Both the position numbers and the translations under genes were made by a program. A DNA stretch of 64,000 nt from Piromyces finnis finn. Lineage: Eukaryota > Fungi > Neocallimastigomycota. This document shows positions 54,465-64,000 of this stretch, piece after piece (positions within the stretch are counted from its first letter, which is position 1; every line of letters begins with the position of its first letter). The notes beneath the pieces were generated by a model. That model saw only the letters and a list, made by a program, of their open reading frames with translations. It was not told the DNA's origin and made no database searches. The DNA is taken from positions 1,674,001 to 1,738,000 of the forward strand of contig MCFH01000001.1 in the NCBI GenBank assembly GCA_002104945.1. The letters run 5' to 3'.

Positions 54465-57400
54465 ATGAAAAAAATAGATACTTTAGTCTGGGAAACCTCA
54501 TTATGTTTTAATGACAAATTTCAGATACAACTAGAAAAAGAAGAAAAAAACACAACACTGATAGATTCAATTTTGCCAAAGAATAATAATTCATTATTTC
54601 TAAAATACCACTCACCCGCTCCAAGATATAAAGATTTAATTAAAAAGGAAATTCATGGTTTATCATTTGATTCAACCGCCAATAAAGTAACTCCCACATC
54701 TAACAATAAAAATAATTTTAAAATTCCAAATACAGTTATACCTATACAAAAAACAAATTCTTTTAATTCCACTAAGAATAGGAAAAATTTATTTTTTAAT
54801 AAAAATAAAGAAAATAATGAATCATATAAACCACCATCTAATGTTATTATTAATAATGAGAAAATTAATATTTTTAATGCAACATCCGCCGCTACTTCCC
54901 CACTAAGTACTGATAGTAGTAAAGCTGAAATTTCATTTGCAATTGCTAGTAGCTCGACACCAATTCGCAATAGTAACGCAGTAAATATATTTAATGATAA
55001 TCTTTTTTTGATAAATAAAAATGTAATTTCAAATGTTGATTCACCGGATAATATCATTGAAGTAATGGATATGGATAAAAATAATGATGTTCCAATGGAA
55101 GATGTTAATAACAATAATAACAATATAATTAAAATAGAAGAAGAAAAGGTATATACTCCAAATACCAAAAAATCTTTTAAATCTGAAAATAAATCAGAAT
55201 ATAATAATTTAAATGAAACTCACGAAGATAATTCATTACTCTTGATAAAAAAGAAAACTGAAGATAATGGTAACTTAATTTAATGTTCAAATTATTTTAT
55301 AACATTTTATTATAAGTAAACTAATCATTATATCTGATATATTTTATATTTTCATCACTAGTTATTATTGAAATCAAATCAAGGGCAAAACAAGAACTAC
55401 ATACTGATAAAATGGACTTTGAATTAAGTCCGATTTCAAACGATAATAATGATATAAGAAAACTAAGTAGCTCGGATAAATCATTAACGCCAACTTATAT
55501 TTTAAATTCCTCAGGCACTAATTCCACAATAATTACAAAGCCTTCAATGATTTATGATATTAATAAAGTTAATAAAAAAGACAATAATATTAATGACAAT
55601 AATAATAATGAAAATAAAGAAGCTGATGATGATGTTGATGTTGATGTTGATGATGATAAACCACTAAATATATATATAACAAAAAAGAAGAGATTAAATA
55701 AAATAAAACAAGAAAAAAACAGTGAAAAACCAATAACCAAAAGAAAAGATATTATCGGTAAAAATGAAAATGTTAAAAAAAAACAAAAATTAAATCCGAC
55801 TTCCACAGAATATAATGATAATAGTAATAATAAAATATTAATAACTGATACCCTACCTATAAATAATAAAAATAAAGAATCAAATAATAATTTTAAAAGA
55901 AATATTGATGATGATAATAATGACGATAATAATAGTAACAATGATGATAATGATAATAATAATGATAATAAAAATGATAATGATGGTGATGTTAATGATG
56001 AATTAAGAAATAATGAAATATATCAATATAGTAATAAAGAAAGAGATGAAAAATTTTTACATGATTTATGTGCCAAAATAAACAGTAAAAAGGAATATTG
56101 GAATGAAAGTTTCCATTATTTAAAAGGTACTATAGTATGGGCATTGTGGAAAGATTTGGAAGATAATTTTTATTATGTTGGGAAAATAACAAATTTTACT
56201 TCAAAAAAATATCGTATTAAATTCTTTGATGGTATTAATAAATATAATATAATAAGATAATTAAAAATTTAAAAGGAAAATATAAATAATTATAAAAAAT
56301 AAAAATAAAAAATAAAAATAAAAAAAAAAAATGAAATATATATTATATATTATAGGTGATATGACATCAGTAAGTAAAAATCATTTAAGACAATTTAATA
56401 TAAAGCCTGATGATATTGTTTGTGTTTCTCTGGAAGATGATATTGAATTTAATGGAGAAGATGGAATTAATGGATTATGCATTGTTCAAATAATAAAAAA
56501 AATTAATGAAATCAAAAACAAGGATAAAAATCATGAAATTAAGTATGAAGCCGTGATTCTTAAGAAAAAATTAGATGAAACTAATAACACTTTTATCCTT
56601 GAAAACACAAAAAAAACAATAATTGTAGCACTAAAAAATTTTGTATTACCAGAAAATTTTTTAAAAATTATCGATGAGCAAAAAAAAGAATTTGATAAGA
56701 AACTTACAGAAACAAGTATTAAAGTTGAAATTCCTCTCAAAAAACCTAAAATTGGTAAAATAAAAATACAATATTATATATATAATATATAATATATATA
56801 TCTATATATATGAATATTCATATTTGCATATATGTATATAATAGAAACCAATAAAATATTCGAAGATTATAGTTTTATTGTAACAGTAGGAAGTGACGAA
56901 TCTGAAAATCAAATGAAGAAAAGCTCAAATATTGAAGGTAGGAAATAATTTACATAAATAAATTTAATCCTAGTAATTTTTACTGAATCATTTATTCACC
57001 TTTAATATTATATATATATTTATAACCAATTAAAAAAAAAAAAAAAATAATAATAATAATAATTTAAAAAAGACCAAACTTATATAACATCAACAGTAGA
57101 TAAAAGCGAAATACAAAATCAAATAGAAAAACTAGGAGGAACATTTATAAAAAATGTAAATGATATTTTTAGTGTATCAAAGCATAATTATAAAAATATA
57201 CCATCAAATTTTGTTGTTATAGCATCCATACCATCAAGAACTAAGGTATAGTAGTTTTAATAATAAAAATAGTTTAAAATTATTAATTAATATTTAATGA
57301 TATAATAGAAATTTTTAGTAGGTTTAGCCTTAAAACTACCTATTATATCATATATTTGGGTAAAAGAATGTTTTAAAGCTGTATGTATTTTAGATTTGAA

Positions 57401-58389
57401 TATTTATTGATAATAATAAATTATTCCAATAAGGAAATTTAAAATAATATTTTTATAATATATTAAAATATTTTTATATAAATAGGAAAAATTTTTAAGT
57501 TATAATGATTATTTATTATCACATGGATTTTCTAGAGAGTTAAATAGCTACATAGGAAGTAACTATTCATCCAATGAATTATTTAATGTAAATGTCTCTT
57601 AAATTAAGCTAAATATTTATTTTTTCGAATAAAAAAAAAAATTTTTTTTTCTTATTTTAAATTATAATAATAACAAACTTTTTATTAATAGTTTTTAATC
57701 AATTAAATTTCTTTTTTTTTTTTTTTTAATTTTAAAGAATTTAAGGTTTTACTTAATTGGAAACGTCAATTTCAAGTCTACCTATAAATGTATTATTCAA
57801 ATTTAAATTTACTATTTTTTAATATTCATAATTTTAATAATTTTGCTATTGGTTACAAAAAAAAAAAAAGTACCATAATTAATTAAAAATCTCATTATTT
57901 TATAATTTATAATAATTAATTATAAATAATATATAATATTTCATAACAGTATTAATTTCACATTCTGGAGGAATAATAGTATCAAGTCAAAAACTTAAAA
58001 AAAATCCGAATTTTTGTAATTATATAATATGCGGTAAAGATTCAAAAAAAAAAGAGATTCTTAAATTGAGTCAATTAATAAAAAAACATAATAATAATAA
58101 TTCATTTAAAAGAAGAAGTCTAAGTCGTAGTAGTTCTATTCTAACAAGTAATGATTTCTTTGATCAAACTGAAGGAGAAATGGACATTACAGAAGATGAT
58201 TTATTAGAAACAGATTTAACAACAGAAAATGAAGATGATCCTCAAAACTCATATAGAAATTTTTCTGATATTAGTTCGGTCTCTATGCCATATATCAAAA
58301 GTCAACCAATATTTTTGGAAGATGAATGGATAATTCAATGTTTAATTAATCAACGAATTGTCGATTATACCAACTATCTAAATAAATAA
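54465..58389 (+). CDS. DNA-damage checkpoint mediator, Crb2/Rad9/53BP1-like (Tudor + tandem BRCT), multi-exon
   Basis: Long low-complexity N-terminus; Tudor-like VWALWKDLEDNFYYVGKIT...YRIKFFDG; BRCT1 segments IFEDYSFIVT, IEKLGG, SRTKKFLVGLALKLPIISYIWVKEC; BRCT2 ending EWIIQCLINQRIV, similar to the 53BP1/Crb2 EW.IQCLI motif. Junctions checked keep frame. The 5' end could extend further upstream. Confidence 0.75.
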
Positions 58390-58480
58390 TACAAATAATG
58401 TAATTCTTCAAAATTTAAATATTAAATAATAAAATATATTTACACAATAAGAAATAGTTTTTTTTTTTATTTTGTTTTAT

Positions 58481-58996
<516 letters not shown>

Positions 58997-59604
58997 TTAT
59001 AAAAATACATTTCATTATTTAAATATAAAAAACAGTGTTTCTACAACACATATACAGTATAATTACACCCATTAAATATATATATATAAACATAATTTCA
59101 ATAAGCATCTTTTTTAATTTTTAATATTTAATTATATAATTTCATTTTAATATATATAATTTATTTATTCTATATATTTCTTTAAAAGTTAGTGAAAAAG
59201 AAAAAAAAAAAACGATGATAAATCTAAATTTGATATGAAATGATTATGTGTAAAGCGTTTAAATATTTAAATTAGAATAAGTATATAAAATATATAAATA
59301 ATAAATTAAATTAATTAGGTAATAAAAATGGTTAAAAAAAAAAGTTAATAGATTAAGTATAAATAATTATAAGGTAAATAAATTATTTATCAATCCTCAT
59401 TAAAATATAAAATGATTATAAAAGGGATGGATGGATGCAAGTAATAATTATAATAATAATTATTATAGTATTGCAATAGTATAATGAGTTTATAATAATA
59501 TTGATATTCTAATTAAAATAGATCTTTTGTTTATATATACAATAAAATCGTAATAGAAATATTGATGAGTGCAAATAAATAATATATTTTAAAATAATTT
59601 ATGA

Positions 59605-61665
59605 TTATGATTTTTCTGAGTATATGGTTTCAAAAACATTAATTAAGTTTTTTAAACCAAAAAGATAGCCATTATCTGGTTCATTTGGATGAGTTGGTGG
59701 ATAGGATACAGAAACATATTCATTTATACTGTTTATATTTGAATTTTTTGAAGATTGATCATTACCCATGTTGATATCATTTTCTTTAAATGATTTAAAT
59801 TGAATTAAGTAAGAACCATTTTTCTTCTCATTTAAAGCATCATTTGATTTTAATAATATTTCATCACGTCTTAATAAATGGGAAATATTAGTACTATGAG
59901 CAAAATCTATCAATTTTACTTTAACTTTTTTATTATTTTGCTTATCAGTATCGTCCTTAGTTCCCCAAGATCCATCATAATATAATAATAAACTACTGGA
60001 ATAAAGTCTAAATGTCTTTAACTTCTTAATGATATAGTAGAGTTCTTTTAATTGATCAATGATACCTGGAATATAATGAAGTAATAACTTTTCCCCATTA
60101 TCAAAAAAAGACAAAATCTCACGATTGAAATTCTCTTTACTTACACTTCTACCTTGATATTTGTTGCGAAAGATTGTGGTATCTGTAGCTGATTTATAAA
60201 CTTGCATTCCACACATTCTTACACCAATGCTTTTGCTTGTAGTTAATTCACACTTTCTTTCTTGTGATAATTGCTTTTTCTTAGTAGCGAATACACCATG
60301 TTGTCGAGTTCCCATTTTTAAATCTAATACGCATGGCTTTTTAAAACCTCTTGTTAAGTCTTCAATAACTATAAATTTCTTTAATTCATTATTATCTTGA
60401 CTTAATTCATCCCATTTTGCTCTTTGACATTGCAAATAACTATTATCTAAAGGATCACTAGTTCTATATTGACCATTAGTATTCTTAATATTATTTTTGG
60501 TATCAATGGTGTCAATTAATTTTTCTTCAAATGAAGGAATAATAGGTCTAGAAATCCCTTGATCAGAATTTTGATATGTCAAATGTTTGGTATCTATTAC
60601 AGGTAAATTATCATTATTAACATTTTCATTATATTTATTCTTAGAAGTATCATTACTTAAAGAAGGTATATTTGTTGCAGAAATAATTTTGTTATTGTTA
60701 CTATTTATTTTTAATATAACTACACCATAATATTTTGGTAAAAATTTATTTAAGTCGGGATGATACTTGTTTATTACTTCATAAAAATCTCTTTCATTGT
60801 TGTTCATTGGTTTACATAATGCTTTATCTGATATCCAGAAAAATGGAGTATGACCTCCAACTTGATGACTATAGAGTTTTAATGGAAATTTTGGTTGAAT
60901 TGATAACTCACTGTCTGCTGAATTTATTATTTTTGGATGATATTTAATATCTTTCTTAGCTGAATTAGTTGTTTTAGAATCAATTAAATATTTCAAGGTA
61001 TTTTCATTATTTATTGATTTCATCTTTTTTTGTTTTTTATAAAATATATTATTTCCCATAGTATTCGAAGAATTATTTATATCTTCCATAGTTGGAGATG
61101 ACCTATTACTAAAATTCTTATTTGAATTATTTTCTTTTGTTGATACCTTATTATTACCAGAACTATCACAAAATTCATTTGAAACTTCACTTAATGGTGG
61201 TGATGGCATATGTGAACCTGAATAATCTAAAGTTACATTATCTTTTTCAAAACATGGTTTTAAATATAAATGCTTTTGTGATATCATTTGTTTTGGAGAA
61301 GAACAAGAATAATAGTGTTGTTTTTTATTGTCTGATGACTTACTAAAACTCATTACATAATCTAATGAATTTGAAAAAGAATTTATTTTTGAATAATTAT
61401 CAGTTTTATCAGAATTTAAGATAGTGTCAGTTGATAAAGAAATGTTATTTATTATATTTGTATGCCTTAGATCTTGTTCATTAATTGAATCCTTTTTCTC
61501 TATTTTTTTAAAATTATTTCTCTTTAAATTATTGAATGATAAGTCCCCAACGATAAAATTAAGGGTCACTCTCTTTTTCTTTTCAGTATCTGTCGTTTTA
61601 TTTTTTATATCATCACTTAATGATGTCAGTATGTTATTAGTTTGTTTATTATTATTTTCTAACAT
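59605..61665 (-). CDS. KCS1: Inositol hexakisphosphate/polyphosphate kinase (IPK family), Kcs1-like, intronless
   Basis: [41 protein letters not shown] (PxxxDxKxG), [32 protein letters not shown] and [12 protein letters not shown]. Confidence 0.88.
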   Translation of the reverse strand: MLENNNKQTNNILTSLSDDIKNKTTDTEKKKRVTLNFIVGDLSFNNLKRNNFKKIEKKDSINEQDLRHTNIINNISLSTDTILNSDKTDNYSKINSFSNSLDYVMSFSKSSDNKKQHYYSCSSPKQMISQKHLYLKPCFEKDNVTLDYSGSHMPSPPLSEVSNEFCDSSGNNKVSTKENNSNKNFSNRSSPTMEDINNSSNTMGNNIFYKKQKKMKSINNENTLKYLIDSKTTNSAKKDIKYHPKIINSADSELSIQPKFPLKLYSHQVGGHTPFFWISDKALCKPMNNNERDFYEVINKYHPDLNKFLPKYYGVVILKINSNNNKIISATNIPSLSNDTSKNKYNENVNNDNLPVIDTKHLTYQNSDQGISRPIIPSFEEKLIDTIDTKNNIKNTNGQYRTSDPLDNSYLQCQRAKWDELSQDNNELKKFIVIEDLTRGFKKPCVLDLKMGTRQHGVFATKKKQLSQERKCELTTSKSIGVRMCGMQVYKSATDTTIFRNKYQGRSVSKENFNREILSFFDNGEKLLLHYIPGIIDQLKELYYIIKKLKTFRLYSSSLLLYYDGSWGTKDDTDKQNNKKVKVKLIDFAHSTNISHLLRRDEILLKSNDALNEKKNGSYLIQFKSFKENDINMGNDQSSKNSNINSINEYVSVSYPPTHPNEPDNGYLFGLKNLINVFETIYSEKS

Positions 61666-62188
61666 AATTTTGCTATTAATAATATTTACAATAATTTATT
61701 AAAAATATAATATTGCTTTTTTTTTTATTATTGATAATTATTTCTTTATAATATAGATAATATTTTTATTTTTTAAGATATGGATTTTTAAAATTAATAT
61801 TTAGCAATTTTTAATAAACTTTAAATTTTATTAATTAATAAGATTTGAATCAAAATATATTAAATAAAAATTTTATTGTACTGTAACATATATTAATTTA
61901 TATTGAATGCATATAATATTCTTAATTTGGAAATAAGTATTCGCATTATTTATATATAAATAATTAAGTATGATATTTTATGGCTAATTTTTTTAAATTT
62001 TGGATGAATATTTTGTAATATGGCGTTATATTATGTCCAAAATGGTGATAAATGATATTAAAAATAAAAGAAAAAAAAAGTTAGAATTTAAATATAATAC
62101 TTAATATTATTATATTTCATAAAACGATCTTAATGATTAAGTATCTTTTTTAGTTTTTAATATATATATTCTGATTTCTTTGTTAATA

Positions 62189-62190
62189 AT

Positions 62191-62253
<63 letters not shown>

Positions 62254-62256
62254 TTT
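62189..62256. repeat. (ATTT)n tetranucleotide microsatellite
   Basis: Read directly; it explains ORF 62180..62401. Confidence 0.9.
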
Positions 62257-64000
62257 TCGTTATCACTTGATATATTTTTTCAACAATTTTTTTTTAATGA
62301 AAATAATATTATTAATTATTTTTACTTTGAATATTATTTTTTCATTTAATTCAAGAATTTATTCCATTTATTTTATCCACATATTTTCTAATATCTATTG
62401 AATTTGAAAAAATATTAAATATATATTACTATTTTTTTCTTAAAAAAAAAAAATAGCAAATATGAGTATTTGAAAATAAAACTATATATATTATAATAAA
62501 ATGATGTATTAAAAAAAAATAAAATTAAAATTTATATTTATTTATTCAAATATTTTTAATTTACATATACTATAAATTTTACTCAATTTAATAATTTTTT
62601 TAATTTCAAATTTCAATAAATATTATTATTTATATTTTCTATTACTTTAAAATGATATTGTTTTAAAAATTTTAGAATTTCTATTATACTACACTATAAA
62701 TCTATTATAAATATGCTTTCAAAAAATATATAAATAAAAATAATAAGATTTATTATATATACCTTCTATTATTTTGAAATTATAATTCTTTATGGCTTTT
62801 ATACTAACTACAAATTTGAATTTACCGGTGCATATCTAAATTTTCTATATTTTTCTTAATATTTTACATTTAATTTTTTTTAAGATTTCTTTAAAAAATT
62901 TTTTGAAGCGATTTTTATTTGTATTTATATACATTTTAATTTTGAAAAAAAAAATTTTACTTTTTAAAATAATATATTACAATTAACATGATGTATGTGT
63001 ATTATATATATTATAATATATTGAATAATTTATTTTTATTTGTAAAATAATTTTAATTTTAAAAATAAAGAAATTATATTAAAGTCAAATCATAACATCA
63101 TTCATTTTTTATTTTTTAATTTATTTATTATTAACCATTTATTATTATAATAATTATCATTTTTTGAAAGTTAAGTTATTTATTTATCTATTTATTTATT
63201 TTAAATTTAGAATTTATTTACTTTCAAAATACTTTAATTAAAATATTTAAACAAAATACACAACATGGAGAAAAACTGAAATTTTATTTTTATTTTATCT
63301 AGAATGAATTATATAAATAACTATTTTAAAATAGATTTTAAAATGAAAAATAATTATATTTAAGTTTAATTAGTATAGTTGAAGATATAAAAATGATAGA
63401 TATCAACTATATGTATTTAAAATATATTGTATTTTATTGCAAATCTGTAATTAAAAATGAATTGAAATATTAGTGTGGTCAAAAAAAAAGTATAGAATTA
63501 AGATGAGGATAATGAGGTATTAGAATGTGGCCGAGCATAAAAATAAAAAAAAGTATTTCCATTATAATTATAATATAGACATAATAACGCCAAAAGTAAA
63601 ATAATTTGTAATAGATTAGACACTTGTTACTAAAGCAATAAGTATCATACTTTATTAGATATTGAATAATTAATTTTCCAAAGTGTAAAAGTGTACCATG
63701 AAATGAATTATCTAATAATTAATAAAACATTAAAGAAATAAAATTTTAAAATTTAAAATTTATCTTTATGGTAAAATATATTAATATATGTATTATATAT
63801 TTCATATATATATTACACTTAATTATAAAATGTATTAAAAGAAAAATTGGTAAAAAGAAGTATCTAAAATTATTTTATCTTTTTTTGTAATTTAAATCAT
63901 TCACCCATATATTATAATACAAATGATATTATATAGTATATATATTATATATTAATATATAGTTATTATATTTTTGTATTAGGGATGATATATATTTTAT

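Noticed and set aside
52401-55941. Antisense ORFs overlapping U2AF65 and the Crb2-like gene (52401..52691, 54653..55168, 55552..55941)
   Set aside because: They are shadow frames of low-complexity coding sequence on the opposite strand.
61666-64000. Gene-free right end with small GC-containing patches (e.g. about 63500-63540)
   Set aside because: I could not build a consistent reading frame, splice pattern or RNA motif on either strand.

Overview
This is extremely AT-rich, intron-rich eukaryotic DNA with short GT-AG introns and many poly(A/T) and microsatellite tracts. The style fits an anaerobic gut fungus (Neocallimastigomycota); that is an inference from composition and gene content, not a database result. 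I can support 18 protein-coding genes, most reconstructed across introns. Minus strand: PHO85-type CDK, HIS2 histidinol-phosphatase, GBF1/Gea Arf-GEF, GT71 mannosyltransferase, PUB1/TIA-1, VAC14, VAP/Scs2, BMT5-like methyltransferase, a RING-TRAF-SPRY protein, PurU, U2AF65 and a KCS1-type inositol phosphate kinase. Plus strand: a Pop8/Rpp14-like RNase P/MRP subunit missing from the ORF track, an Xbp1-like APSES factor, an unrecognised basic Q/K-rich protein, a Ptc2/3 PP2C and a Crb2/Rad9/53BP1-like protein. There is also one stop-interrupted GC-richer relic ORF. No rRNA, tRNA, CRISPR array or intact transposon was recognised, and I found no clear multi-gene novel system. The best leads are: (1) an intronless orphan with strongly biased codon usage, convergent with an intronless, cyanobacterial-looking purU; (2) a cluster of CTCGA/CACGAAA APSES-type sites upstream of the Xbp1-like gene, suggesting autoregulation; (3) a TRAF-type RING/zinc-finger protein ending in SPRY rather than MATH; (4) the relic ORF next to the intronless GT71 gene; (5) a long pyrimidine tract at the start of the unusually long first intron of the U2AF65 gene.
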